Assembly (NCBI RefSeq): GCF_009914755.1
Contig: NC_060930.1
Source of the DNA: the human T2T-CHM13v2.0 reference genome, Homo sapiens
DNA: 64,000 nucleotides
Strand: one strand, 5' to 3'
The notes beneath the pieces are model-generated. The model ran no database searches, was not told the origin of the DNA, and was given only the letters and a program-made list of their open reading frames with translations. The translations under genes and the position numbers were made by a program. Shown here piece after piece: positions 34,901 through 48,884 of this stretch. Position 1 is the first letter of the stretch. Every line of letters begins with the position of its first letter.

Positions 34901-37273
34901 TCTCCTTGATGATGTCTTTCACTTCCTTTGTTAGCTGTATTCCTAGATATTTTGTTCTTTTTGTAGCAGTTGTAAATGCGAGTTTGTTCATAATTTGGCT
35001 CTCTGCTTGTCTGTTGTTTGTGTATAGGAATGCTAGTGATTTTTGCACATTGATTTTGTATCCTGAGACTTTGCTGAAGTTGCTTATTAGCTTAAGAAGC
35101 CTTTGGGCTCAGTCAATGGTGTTCCCTAGATATAGGATCGTATCATCTGCCAACACAGATAGTTTGACTTCCTATTTGAATACACTTTATTTCCTTCTCT
35201 TGCCCAATTGCTCTGGCCAAAACTTCCAATACTATGTTGAATAGGAGTGCTAAGAAAGGGCAACCTTGTCTTGTGTCACTTTGCACATTAATCTTATATC
35301 CTGAGACTTTGCTGAAGTTGCTTATCAGCTTAAGATGCTTTTGGGCTAAAACAATGGGGTTTTCTAGATACAGGATCATGTCTTCTACAAAGATAATTTG
35401 ACTTCCTCTTTTCCTATCTGAATACCCTTTATTTTGTTCCCTTGCCTGATTTCCCTGGCCAGAAATTCCAATAGTATGTTGAATAGGAGTGGTGAGAAAG
35501 GGCATCCTTATCTTGTGCTGGTGTTCAAGGGGAATGCCTCCAGCTTTTGCACATTCAGTATAATATTGGTTGTGGATTTGTCATAGACGGCTCTTATTAT
35601 TTTGAGGTATGTTCCTTCAACAACTAGTTTATTGAGAGTTTTTAACATGAAGCGATGTTGCATTTTATCAAAGGCCTTTTCTGCAACTATTGAGATAATC
35701 ATGTGGTTTTTGTCTTTAGTTCTGTTTATGTAATGAATCATATTTATTGACTGGGCTGTATTGAACCAAACTTGCACCCCAGACATGAAGCCAACTTGAT
35801 CGTGGTGGATAAGATTTTTTTTGTGCTGCTGGATTCGGTTTGCCAATATTTAATTGAAGATTTTTGCATCGATGTTCATCAAGAATATTGGCCTGAAGTT
35901 TTCTTATTTTTGTTGCATCTCTTTCAGGTTTTGGTATCAGGATGATTTTGTGCTCATAGAGTAAGTTAGGGAGGAGTCTTTCCTTTTCAATTTTTTGGAA
36001 TAGTTTCAGTAGAAATGGTACCAGCTCTTCTTTGTACCTCTGGTAGGATTCAGGTGTTAATACCATCTTGCTTGGTAGGCTATTTATTACTGCCTCAATT
36101 TCAGAACTCATTATTGGTCTATTTAGAGATTCAGTTTCTTCCTGGTTCAGTCTCGGGAGGGTGAAGGTGTCCAGGAATTTGTCTATTTCTTCTGGATTTT
36201 CTAGTTTATGTGCATAGAGGTGTTTATAGTATTCTGTAATGTTTGTTTGTATTTCTCTGGGGTCAGTGGTGATATTCCCCCTTATTATTTCTGATTGTGT
36301 CTATTTGATTCTTCTTTCTTTTCTTCTTTACTAGTCTAGCTAGCTAGCTATTTTATCTAAAAAAATGGCTACTGGATTTATTGATTTTTTGAAGGTTTTT
36401 CATGTCTCTATCTTCTTCAATTTATCTTGGATCTTGGTTATTTCTTGTCTTCTGCTAGCTTTGGGGTTTATTTGCTCTTGGATATTTTTCAATCTTATCT
36501 TTTACTATTTGGGACCTACAAGTAGTCGGCTTTTTCAATGTTAGGGGATCCTTATTTTAATGCCTCTAATCTTTGCTTGACAACCAATTACTACCTGAGC
36601 TCATGTCTCTTTTGTAAAACCCTGCTCAAGCAGCCAAGAGTGAGCCATTCATACTATCACTCCAGTTCTTTCAAACCACCACATGTAGTGCTACTGGCTG
36701 GGTGGATATCTGATCTCCTTTGCAAATTGTACCAAATAATTTGCCAATTCACAATTTAAAAACGGTCTCCATCTTTCCAGCCCCCAATAGGCAGTTTCTC
36801 ACCACCTGACTGCTAAGACAATTCTCCATATTTTAAACTGTGGCAGCTGCCCTACTTCAAGGTGTCAATTTTTATATAGGCTAGGCATCACTAAGCCATC
36901 ACCAATAACACATCAAATACCAGTAGGCCAAAACAATAGTTAATTTCTGACTCACATGAAATTTAATTCCAGAGGGAAGAGGTGGGATGGGTTGAGTGAG
37001 TTAGAGGAATTTAGGTGTTATACAGCTATTTAGTGATTCCAAATGTTTCTACCGTATGGCCACACCCTCTTCTAAGTTTACAGATGCTTCTTCATTCATC
37101 CTGCAGATTCAGAAAAAGACATTACACTGGAGATTTTTAGGGGCCAGTCATAAGTGCATTCCACATGTACTTCTGTTTCTACTTATCTGTGGGGAGGCTG
37201 GGAAATATAGTTTAGCTCGATACCTTGGAGGAAGAAAAGTGAATTTGGTGAGTGGCTTGCCAGTCTTTGCCAC
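31990..37273 (-). mobile_element. Old MLT1 MaLR element (LTR ~31990-32390, internal region, LTR ~36875-37273) interrupted by the 33.3-36.5 kb L1
   Basis: Two co-oriented MLT1-like LTRs, both ending ...gtct(c/t)tgc(a/c)aca. MaLR int-LTR junction-like cctacttcaaggtgtcaattt precedes the second. Confidence 0.55.
33320..36480 (-). mobile_element. 5'-truncated L1 (L1PA7/8-like or slightly older) with an internal duplication and a deletion
   Basis: Poly-T, 3' UTR and ORF2 peptides on - strand. Possible TSD GATATTTT(C/T)C at ~33308 and 36481. Confidence 0.9.
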
Positions 37274-38738
37274 AGTATTTCCAACAAAGCATGTAATCTG
37301 TCTCCCTAAAACTAGTCCTATTTAATTATCATTTGTACCACTCTATTATAGATAGATACTGAAAGATCCAAAATTATTTTTGAATATGGCCAGTACATAT
37401 AACAGAGAACAAAGCATAAAGCAATGACTTTTGTGCAGTAGTTTATCTGGGAGCACATGTAAAGGAGATGGGGTGTCAAGAGTCAGTAAAAAGATGCAAT
37501 ACTGAGTTGTTTTCTAATTCAGGTAACTGAAGTTTTCTTCTTTGGGGACCTTCTAAGATGCTTTGTGAAATACATCACTGAACTTTATTCATAGGAGAAG
37601 AAAGGGGAAATCATTTGACCTTTGGATCCTGTCCCTCACTGATTTGGGGTGACCCCACTAGCCTTGATTCCCTCAAACTCGCATACAGTGTATGCATGAG
37701 TGCTGAGTGGGTCCCCACATTTCGTGCTTCAGTGGCAGAAAAGTACTGGGAAAAGAAAAATGAAAAGCATGGTACAATGTCCAAGATGAAGCACTCTTAG
37801 GTTGCAGCTGCATAAAAAAAGATTAGGCATTCTATGAAGAATTTTGATGGTGGGGAAGGAAGGCAAATTCATATCCAAAGTAAGTATAAATTCTAGTTGG
37901 AAAGCATCACTACCTCTTTCAAGTAGAAAGGTTATGGTATTATAAATCTGCCATCAACCTGCTAAAATAAGATCTTGGTATAGGTATCAGTTGTTGCTGG
38001 AAGGTTTGCCATTCAGCATTGGTAGAACACTAACTGATCAGCCTTATGGAGAGGAAATCCATTCTGTCAGGCCCATGCATAGCTGCCATCCTTGCCACCA
38101 TAGCTACATTCTTCAAGCTCACTGCAAAACTATGGTCATGGAGGGTCTTCTCTGTGGTAGATACTCTCTGCTGGCAAAAATCTGAGACAGAAAAATTTGC
38201 CCACGTCTTGCCACTACCATGGGTACTTCCACAAGTCTTTTTCCCTCATTCCCTTTTCTACAGTCTTCCAAGTCTGCTGTTTTTTTTAATCCCTTTGACC
38301 AAGCAATTTACCACTGACCATGAGTCTTACTTCTAGCCACTTGTCTTTCCATACAAAGTGAACAGTCAAGAGTACTGCTCATGTTCTGCCTCTGGGAAGG
38401 ATTTCCTTTTACCACTGGCTTCTAGAGCCACCTCTGTGAGTGTTTGTAGTCATCTGTGCATGGACAGTAAACACTGATATACTGGGTTCGTCTTTCTGGG
38501 AATCATTTACTTAACAGATCCGATAATATCCAATAGGTGCTAAATTTCAAATGGCAAGGAGTATTCTACTGCAGATGGAATGGTTTTGCTTCAGAGCCCA
38601 AGGTGTCTGTGTTGTAACTCTCCTATTAAGTTCTTGCCAGAGACTCCATATACCAACCTGAGAACTTCAATGAGATTAAGTGTATAAAGTGACTATTAAA
38701 TAGCAAATATTGTGTATAAGTTACACACTGTGCCTTTA

Positions 38739-38945
38739 TTTTTATATTTTTAACTTTTATTTTAGGTTTGGGGGTACATGTGAAGGTTTGTTACGTAGGT
38801 AAACATGTGTCATGGGGATTTGTTGTACATATTATTTCATCACCCAGGTATTAAGCCCAGTACCCAAGAGTTATCTTTTCTGCTCCTCTCCCTCCTCCTC
38901 CCTCCCCCATCAGGGAGACCCCAGTGTCTGTTGTTTCCTTCTTTA
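38739..38945 (-). mobile_element. Short L1PA (old primate) 3'-end fragment
   Basis: L1 3' UTR on - strand. TSD ACACT(G/C)TGCCTTTA at 38725-38738 and 38946-38959. Confidence 0.85.
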
Positions 38946-39094
38946 ACACTCTGCCTTTAAAACCATTATGTTGATTTGGATTAAGAATTGAACCATTAGG
39001 CTTCTTTTATTTGATGCCTTACAAAGACTATAGTGAATACTGCTACACATTTTTCAGAATTTATTTTTTATGTTTTGCTTTTTCCCCAAATTTA

Positions 39095-39838
39095 TATATA
39101 TTTTTAAATTGATATAAAAATTATATGTATTTACCATATGCAAGATGATGTTTTGAAATACACACACACACACACACACACACTGTGGAATGGTTAAATC
39201 TAGCTAATTTACACACACATAACCTCACATAGTTATCATTTTTGTGGTGAGAACACTTTGCATTCACTCTCTCAGCATTTTTCAAGAATGTAATATATCA
39301 TCATTAACTATAGTCACCATGTTGTACAATACATCTCCTGAATTTTTTCTTCCTATCTAACTGTAGTTATGCATCCTTTGACCAATATCTCCCCAACAAC
39401 CCTTGCTTTTAATAATCATCCCTCTATTCTCTGTATCTATGAGATCAACATTTTTAGATTCCGCATACAAGTGAGATCATGTGGTATTTGTCTCTCTGTG
39501 CCTGGCATTTTTCGTTCAGCACAATGTTATACAGTTTCATCCATGTTGTTGCAAATAAAAAAATTCCTTTTTTTCCATGGTTGAATAGTATTGCATTGTG
39601 TATGTATATCACATTTTCTTAGGTTGATTCCATATCTTGGCGGTTGTGAACAGTGTTGCAATAAACATGGAATGCAGATATATCTTCAGCACACTAATTT
39701 CACTTCCTTTGGATGTATGCCCAGCAATGGGATTGCTAGGTCATTTGGTAGTTCTAGTTTTAATTTTTAGAGGAAACTTCATACTGTTTTCCATAATGGC
39801 TGCCCTAATTTATTTCCACCAACAGTGTGCTAGGGGTT
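39095..39838 (-). mobile_element. L1MA-type 3' fragment containing a (CA)n repeat
   Basis: ttaactatagtcaccatgttgtacaat and ORF2 C-terminal similarity; boundaries approximate. Confidence 0.75.
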
Positions 39839-42674
39839 TCTATATTAAGGTTTTACTAAAGCCAGCTGGTTCCCCAACTCTATTAGTAACAATCTTTCCA
39901 CTATTAATGAAGAAACATGGTCACAAAGACAAGCCCAAACTATTGAGGAGTATTACTGGACATTAAATTTTTGGTTCTCAAATCTGGCTAATCCTCAGAA
40001 ATATATACAGAGTGTGTTGAAAATATAGGTATTTAGCCCTAACCCCAGTAATTCTAATTCAGTAGGCCTGGGATAGAGTTCAGCAACATGTATTTAAAAA
40101 GTTATCCAGGTGGTTTTGATTTTCAAGCAAGTCTGGGAACCACTTCTCTAATCCACATTTGGGAAAACCCAGTCACCAGCCATAGGTCCCAGATCCTCTT
40201 TTCACTTACACCTCTCAGGGAATAAGAAAAGTCTGTGCTCAGAAGGGAAAGACCAATAAGACTAATACCATGCAGCTCCCAAGGTGGCCTGCTTCACTCC
40301 AGTGCCCAAAACAATTGTTGGTACACATTAGCCACTCAATAAGTAGTGAATGAATGAATGAGTAAATGAATGAAAGTCAACCATAGTTCTATGGCAGCAC
40401 TGTTCTTGAATTCAATAGCTTTTCCTTGCTTTATTGGAAGTATCCTAATACTGCTTCTCTATTTAGAGCCTCAATTCTTTATGTTTCCACTCAAGCTGGA
40501 ACTTTTAATTCAAATATTTGAGCAAAAGAATCAGGAATTAACAAGACCAGGCTGCTACTGCTCACTTTAATAAAAACATTTCAAGCTCCTTGTATTTTCC
40601 AACACTTTTCCTTTTTATAGATCTGCTCTCAAAAAGTTTGAGTAGTAGGAAATAATTTTACAGTTGATCCTTGAGTGGTGTCATCATTGCAAATAAGCAA
40701 TTGATCCTAACACATTTTTGCTCTTAAATGTGTGCATTCCTTTAATGACTGATATGGTTAGCCCTATCTGTGAATGACAGAAGATTGTTCCCAACTGATT
40801 TCCAGAACCAGCTGGCTTTTGTGAAATATTAACATAAAACCTCCTCAAAATGTATATAGTCTTTTTCAAGAAGCTTTAGAAAAGAGCCTTTCCGTACCTG
40901 TTTCTACCATTTCATTTCTTTTTATAGCCATACTTCTCACCCATCTGTCTATCGATCCCTCATGTTAGATGTCAAGATGCTAGTAAGATTGGTTTATTCA
41001 TCTTACTTGTCTGCATTCAATGGATAGATGATTTATTTGGCTGCATTTCATCCTGCCTTACAACATTTCATCTGTCTACTCCCAGTGAAGGTCTGGGTTT
41101 AAAAATAACATTCCATTAGCGAGCATTTTTATAGAAAGTACTTTGAATACACTCATTTATATATGGAGGTGCATGATACATAGTCTTACATTTTTTTCCT
41201 TAAGTACATAAAATTTTAAACTTAATTTTACCAAAATAATGCAAAGACTGTGTAAAATGACTTAATAAAGGTTCGAACTCACTTTTGTAATTACATGTTA
41301 TAATTTTTACTATTATCTGATCACTGACTGTCTGAAGAAAGATTACAGACTATAAATAAAACACTGAGCTAAGTGAATTGTGAAAGACATTTCCCCTGCA
41401 AAAACTCCTCTCTCTCTCTCTTTCTTTCCCTGTCTTATGCACACAGATATACATACACGTATACATAAATGCACATACATCACCTTCTAGTATAGCCAAT
41501 TCAAATAAATTAGTATTTCAGGAGCTTTATGTTAAGTTTTGGCTTTAAATAAATCACTTCATCTAGCCAAAACCACTGACTTTTTCTTGGTTTCTACACA
41601 AAACTCTAATTCAAGTCTAGTTTCCTTCAAATTCAGTCCAGGTGCTAAAAAAGCTTCTTGGTTTTCCAAGGAACATTCAACAGAATTTCTCTACTCTGTA
41701 TTCATATTTATATCATAGCCTCTAAACAGTCCAGTATTTGGTATTTTCTGGATTAAAATGGTTCCATGGTGAATTTGTAGTCCATTGGATTCATAGACAT
41801 TCACTTATAAATGTTTGTTTTTCCTCTTAGAAATAAGTGATTATTCCTTAAGGATCTTGTTTTTTATTATTTGCATTGTTTTGAATTCTGTAGAGAACAG
41901 GCATATGTGTTTTAAGTTAGCAATAAAGAGAATAATAACAAATAAACTGTTTCTTTAAAATTACTTTAAATACCATCCAATGTAAAAATGTTGATTTATA
42001 ATAAACTCTACAACTTTTAGGTTTTATGCTATTTAATATATACACTTAGAATTCTAGATATTTCTTTGGGTTGGGTCCTCAGGGAAAAGTCAGTGTATTT
42101 AACCATTATTAGCTTTCAAATTTAAAATATAAATAGTGCCCCTTCTTCCACTCTCCTTCCTCAGCCTGACTCTTACATTTTTGATTAAAAACAATAATCA
42201 GCAACAATGACTCTAGAAGTCAAATTCTGTGCTTGGAAATGTAAATAGACCTTATTACAGAGCACAGCCATAGAGAGGCAACATAGCACCAATGTGTCTG
42301 GGTTCAAATAATTTTTCCATCATTTACAAGATAAGTAACCATAAACAAGTTACTTCTCTCACTTTCCTTCAATTTCCAGTCTGTGAAATGAAAATCACAA
42401 TAAACATTTCTAACTAAGAATGTTGGTACAAAAATTATATCAGTAAAGAAATATCTGAAACATAGTAAAACTCAGTAAATACTACTTTTTATCATAGATT
42501 TTGAGGGGTTTGAAAAATCAGGCAAATCAATACTTTTTGAATAATTATGATGTTAAACATGTAATATGGGTAGAAAATTTCTGGAAGATCTAAGGCATAT
42601 TTTCTTAGAATAAGTGACTTCTTAAGTATGGTGTTATCTTTGAATAATTTTAGGGTAGATAATCAACTGGGGCT

Positions 42675-42832
42675 ATTAGTTGCAAACTTCATTGTTCATA
42701 AGAATCACATGGTTTCCAGTTAAAATCCAGATTCTGATTCATTAGGTCTGGGGTAGGGCCTGAGATATGCATTTCTACAAGCAACTAGGTGAGGCTGATG
42801 CTGTTGGTCTAAGGATCACATTTTAAATAGCA
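42675..42832. mobile_element. MER5A-like hAT-Charlie MITE
   Basis: agattctgattcattaggtctggggtagggcctgagatatgcatttcta...ggtgaggctgatgctg. Similar fossils at ~39975-40150 and ~43340-43450. Confidence 0.65.
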
Positions 42833-42871
42833 ATTACCTCTAAGGATCACATTTTAAATAGCAATTACCTC
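42808..42871 (+). repeat. Perfect 31-bp tandem duplication
   Basis: TCTAAGGATCACATTTTAAATAGCAATTACC x2. Confidence 0.95.
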
Positions 42872-42926
42872 AACAATTTCTTGAGGACATTTTAAGAAGA
42901 CATGAATTTACTATCCAATCTCATAT

Positions 42927-43292
42927 ACAATTATGCACTGCATAATGATGTTTCTGTCAAAGTCAGACTGCATAATGATGGTGGTCCCATAAAATTATAA
43001 CATCGTATTTTTACTGTGTTATACTTTGTTATACTGTGTTTTACCTTCTCTATGTTTAGGTACACAAATACCATTGTGTTACACGTTGACTACAGTATTC
43101 AGTATTCAGTAACATGCTGTACGGGTTTGTAGCCTAGGAGCAACAGGCTAGACCATATAGCCTAGATCTGTAGTAGGCTATACCACCTAAGTTTGTGTAC
43201 ATTCTCTGATATTTGCACAACAAAATCTCCTAATGATGCATTTCTCAGAATGTATTCTGGTCCTGATCATTAAGCTACACATGATTGTACAT
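42927..43292 (+). mobile_element. Tigger3a-like MITE
   Basis: TIRs caattatgcactgcataatgatg...catcattaagctacacatgattg; internal ggtggtcccataaaattataa. Confidence 0.75.
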
Positions 43293-43627
43293 ACCTTCCT
43301 GCCGTCTACTGGGAAATAGACTAACCTGATTGACATGATGCACTTTCTAATCCAATGGGCTTGAAAACTGGGGCATTTACATTTAGGACAAGTTCCCAGG
43401 TGATGCTGAAATTGCTTGTCCAGGTACCACACTCCATGAAACACTGGCTTAGAGTACTCATTGATTCTCTTCGGAAAATCAGGTGGAATCTGGCAATGTT
43501 CACTTACTTAAATCATAAACATAGCATACACTACTGTTAACTCCATAAGGAGAACTTCAACACTAGTTCCTTTGAGATACCATCCCGATGTTTTCGAATT
43601 TGCTTACCAAGTCAATGGAACAAAAGA

Positions 43628-43861
43628 TCTCACTCATAAGTGAGAGTTGAACAATGAGAACACATGGACACAGGGAGGGGAACATCACACACTGGGGCCT
43701 GTTGGGGGGTTGGGAGCTAGTGGAGGGATAGCATTAGGAGAAATACCTAATGTAGATGATGGGTTGATAGGTGCAGCAAACCACCATGGCACGTGTATAT
43801 CTATGTAACAAACCTGCATGTTCTGCATGTGTATCCCAGAACTTAAAGTATATAAAAAAAA
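43628..43861 (+). mobile_element. L1PA (PA7/8-like) 3'-end fragment
   Basis: ctcactcataagtg...ccagaacttaaagtat followed by an A-tail. Confidence 0.88.
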
Positions 43862-44989
43862 CTCAAGAACTTCCATTTATCCCCACACAATAAAACATCC
43901 CCAGACTCAAGAGAAAGAGAAGCATTATTTTTTCTATTAATTAAAAATAAACTATTACTATATTCCAGAGGCATTAGTATCAAGATTATCATGTTATAAA
44001 CATGAAAAAGTAGACTTGGATAACTGGAAGAATTCCCATTGGCCCCACAATTCTACTGTTTACATTTGATAACAACTGATGGGACAGATAAAAGTCAAGA
44101 GTCAGAAAACATCTGAACACTGAGTGTCATCACTTGATTTTCAGCATCAAGCACACTGTGTTTAGAAAGGAGTGAAGAATTTTTGCTTCGCACTGGGTAA
44201 AATTAGACTTGGAAGCAAAGAGCAACCAACAGATGTGTGTCAGGGAGAGATCAGCTGGATAAGGTTAGTTGTTTAACATCTAAGTCAAACCTGAACATAT
44301 TTGAGTAAGTCATATTTTCCACAGTAACTTTTGCAACTTTAGAGGTTCTTTGGTCATGGCAGTTGGAATTTGCATCAGAACTTCGCAAATAGGAAAATCT
44401 CCCTTAAGTTCACTCTAGATTTTCCTAGATTTCTCCAAAAAGCAGCAAAAAAAAAAAAAAAAAGTCAGACTCAGCTACGGAGTTAGCCTATGAGGAATGC
44501 TCCAACCTTGCTGATGGTATACTTGGGACTATCCTGGAAAGCATCAGTCTTTAGAATAGAGGTGGAGCCTATAGATGAGATCCACCTGTGCAATTAGCTT
44601 TACATTTGCTGTCACTTCTGATGGAAAGCACTAAGACAATCAGGTGTTTCCCTTTGAGCACACTACTACCTTCCTCAAAGAAACTACAGAAATAGTGAAT
44701 GACTAATGACCAGAAGCATATCAAGAAAACATTACATTAATATTAATAGTATAAGAATCTGGACAAAGTCTTGAAAATAATTATCCCATTTGACCAGCTG
44801 TAAAGAATCTTCTCATGGATCTGCTTGCCACTTTATCTCCACATTGTAAAATGATGACATGGAGAAAACTGAAGCTATAAAAGATGTATCTTAAAAATGG
44901 AGATTTAATAAACATCTAAAGATACTGCTGTTGAAGCTACATTCTGACTACTAATGCTAGCTGACTTGTCTTTCGTTTGCTCGAGCTGC

Positions 44990-45230
44990 TGAGACCTAAT
45001 TGACTGCTATGTGTCAGACATTGTTCTATTCATTTTATGTGGCTTAACTAATTTAATTTTTACAAGCAATATGTGAAGTAGGTGCTCTTTCTTTTACCCA
45101 AAAGAAAACAGAGGCGACTAAAAATTAGTAACTTGTCCAAGTCACAAAAAAAGACAATAGAGCCAGAATTTAAACATAGCTGTTTTTGGCACCAGAAGCT
45201 GTGATTTTATTCACCATAATATACTGCTCT
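44990..45230 (-). mobile_element. MIR SINE remnant (another at ~42262-42490)
   Basis: ctatgtgtcagacattgttcta...gaaaacagaggc...agtaacttgtccaagtcaca core. Confidence 0.55.
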
Positions 45231-48200
45231 CGTCTAATGATATAAATCTTATAATTGTCAATTGATTATAAATGTTACATTTCACAGGGAACACAGGAAT
45301 ATAATAAGAGACTATTTAAAAAGTTTGTTTGATGAGAGGCAATTTGTTGCAATATAAAGAAGAGCCTAAGAAGCCAGTTCTATCCCTACCTCCACCAGGT
45401 TGTGTAGAGGAAATTAGTTATCTTCTCCCTAGAGCTCAGGTTTCTCACATATTAAATTCTAGTAAAGATTTCAAAGAAATAGATGATCTCTGATATTAGA
45501 TGTGTTCTGATAGTCTTGGATTAGGTAACTGAGGCTAAGTTCAGGGCCATTTAAGCAAACTCCAGACTGTGTATGTGGCCCCCTCTGGAGTGACTATTTA
45601 TTTAATATTAAAAAGACAAGTAGCCCACCAATAACTTTCCTTTCCTAATACTATACTAAAATTTTAAGAAAGCCTGTATTATTTCTTTCTTTGCCCTTGA
45701 AAAAAGTACTTATTCTTTCAGAGAGCTAAATTGAGATTTGGGATAAAAGAGTTTTCTCTAGTTCCAGATTACCTTTTATTGCTTTGTTTTAAAAATTCTA
45801 AATAGCTAATAATGTGTCCATATTCAATAAACAATCATAATAAGGCACGTTTCTTTGCTTCTAGTACTTACGTGTTTGACTCTATAAAACTGCATATTTT
45901 TTTAGCAAGGAACACAATAATTTTCACCTAAGGGACATTCAAAAATATGATGTGGAACTTTTGTCATCTACAAATCCAGTATGTTGGTCATTATTTGCCA
46001 CTTTGACCAGGCACTATTGTAAAAGTGTGTGAGTTTAAGTGAATGCGTGTCTGTTGGCTATGTTTTTGTAAGTATATGTGTATAGGGAATCTTTATCTGT
46101 TTTAATTTGGGCAACTTAAAATTAGATTACTGAGAGAGACCCAGCTTCCCCTCATCTCTCTCAAGATTTGACTAAGAGAGGCATCATATCTGGCTGCAAC
46201 TTCTACCTTTGTTGGCTAAGATTTCAACCAGATACTCTAAGGAATTATCTGGAAGATTTTATCTTAGGACCTTTCAAAATTCAAAATTCCCTCAAGAGAA
46301 GAGACATGGAGGAGTAGTTCCTAAAGATGCAGCCCATTCCAGTGGAGACAAATGCTGGCTTTAGTTTCACCACTAGGTTTACTTGCACTCAAAAATTCCC
46401 AATAAAATCCAGCTGGTTTAAATTTTGTCTGCAGACCTGAAACACTGCATATTTGGCTAAGGCTTCCTATTTTGCAGTAAATGCTTCACAGGGCTATAAT
46501 CTGGAAATACTGAAGTGTACAAACCCTCAACAGAAACAACAGGAGAACGGCTGTCTTCTACCTTCATTTTCTCCTAACTCTACTCTAAAGGCATAGGTGT
46601 TGTTAAGGAAGGGGAAAAATCCTTCATTGAACATGAAATGTTGTATGAATCATCATTTGACTACCTTTGTTGTTTGCTCAAAGCCAAAACATAAAGATTA
46701 AAGAGTTGCCATTGATGAGTGAGACAATTCACATTTTGGCATTACTAGAGAAGAAAGGAGCATTTAAGATCATGGAGGGAAATAAAACAACAAAACAATA
46801 CTGTTGCAATTTGAACAATAACAGCCTTCAGTACATGAAATCATAGTATTATCTTTTCCATTTTCCACCCTTATATTTTCATTGGCTTCATACAATCCTC
46901 TTGTTGCCTATAATTGGGGATAGGGTTAGTGCCAAAGCTGCATAAAACAAGCAGCCTTTCCTTTATACTTTCTTTGCATCGTGATTGTGTATGTGAAGTC
47001 ATAAAAATCATTTATTATGAGCATGTGTATTCTTGGCTTAAAGAGCCAAGTATTCTTGTGACAACAATATAATAGCATCAGATGTATTGCCATAAAACAC
47101 CATATGTGGGCACTTAATAGTTACTGCCCTGGCACCTACATGCTGGGATATCATCTTAAAGAGGGACTCTTTAGAAAAAAAGAATGTTTGGTACTTAGAC
47201 AAATAAAGCTCCTTGGATGAGATAGGTGAGCAATGAGTAGACATTTGTGAAGAATCCATTGATGATGGCAACGGTTCGTCTTCCATTAGTATCAGATTTT
47301 CTCAACCCATCTGCTGGAGTTCTTTTCATGGGTCCAAGAAAATCCTTTACAACATTGCAAACATCAATAAATATCTCTCAGGCTAAAAGTTGCAAGAATG
47401 TTTTAATGTCATATTTACAGCTAATAAGCTATAAAATGAGAACAACGTAATTTTCATTCTGTGCAACCATTACTCTTTGGAAAGCATTTATTTAGGGTAT
47501 GTTGTACAAATCATTAGTAAACAAATTAGTTCTCAAACTAGATAAAAGAATGTAGAATGGATGAAAGCCACTGCATGGCACATGTGAGCCCTTGGTGGTG
47601 TTTCGAGCCTCTGTGACAGACACTGCTCCCCACTGTCTCTGTCCTTTCTTCTAGCAATGATTTCCCTTGGTTGCTGCTGAAGCTAGAGACTAAGCTTTCC
47701 CAAGCATCAATGCACTTCAAGTTTGCCATAACTCTGGGACTGATGTTCTACTTCTGCATTAGCACCTGAGTCAGGTGGCCAGACATTAACTGTAGACACA
47801 TGCTAGTGTCTTTCAAAAAAAACTCAGTTGCAAAGGAGGCCAGAGTCCACTAGTTCCTGAGTGCATGTCTGCTTTAGTTAGGAGTGAAGGCGATCTGAAA
47901 CAAGAAAAGCCACATAACTCTGTTTGCTGAGTTTTCTCAGAGGGCGACTCATCTTAGTGATACACTGCTGTGCGTCACTGGTGTCTGTGTAGGAAGATGC
48001 TACTCTTGATGTTTTGAGTTTCCAGGCCAGACATGATTCAATCCCTGAATCTCTATTCACTAGCTCTTTCTAGTATAACAGACAGTCTAAAACTTACAAT
48101 GGTATTTTGTTGAAAGAACATATGGTAGCTATTACATTGAAAATGTACACTAAGCATATGTCTACAACCCTAATAGCTACTTCCAACACTTCTACACAAC

Positions 48201-48661
48201 TGCTTCGACTCAGTCAATTTCTTTCACTGTTCTTTGGCCCAAACTGCCATTCCAGCACCCCTACCCTAAAATGGAAATATTATTCCTTTTAATTGCTTTT
48301 GTTATTTTAATACTGCCAGGTAGCTGAAAGGGAACTTTTGAGGTGGTAACATCTCTTACTGATCCAAATATGTTTTTCTTCAGTTGGTAAAACTGGCTTA
48401 GCAGTTACCGTCATTATGTCTGGTTCTTCTCTACCAGCTTATTTTTAAAGGAGTTTTCGTAAGAAACATAACTCCCCAACCTCTCCCTCTTCCTGTTCTT
48501 CCCCCAGCTCCCCTCACTAATTAAGTATTTCATTTCCACTAGCCCATTATAATGTTGTTTATGATCTGATTTCTCTTTCTCTTTTTCATTTCCAAAATCA
48601 TGAGTTTTCCCCTTTCTACCAATGGTCTACATCCTGACTGTATAGATATATGCTTTACATG

Positions 48662-48884
48662 TTTTTGTTTTATTATTTTAAAAATTTTATGTTAAGTTCA
48701 GGGGTACATGTGCAGATTTGTTATACAGGTAGACTTATGTCATGGGGGTTTGTTATACAGATTATTTCATCACCCAGGTATTAAGCCTAGTACCCATTAG
48801 TTATTTTTCCTGATCCTCTCTCTCCTTTCACCCTCCACTCTTCAAAAGGTCCCAGCCAGCATGTGTTGTTCCCTCTATGTGTCT
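48662..48884 (-). mobile_element. L1PA (old primate) 3'-end fragment
   Basis: ttaagttcaggggtacatgtgcag...tagttatttttcctgatcctctc. Confidence 0.8.

Noticed and set aside
37380-38640. Possible ERVL/LTR16-type remnant with short ORFs
   Set aside because: Too degenerate to assign a family or boundaries by eye.
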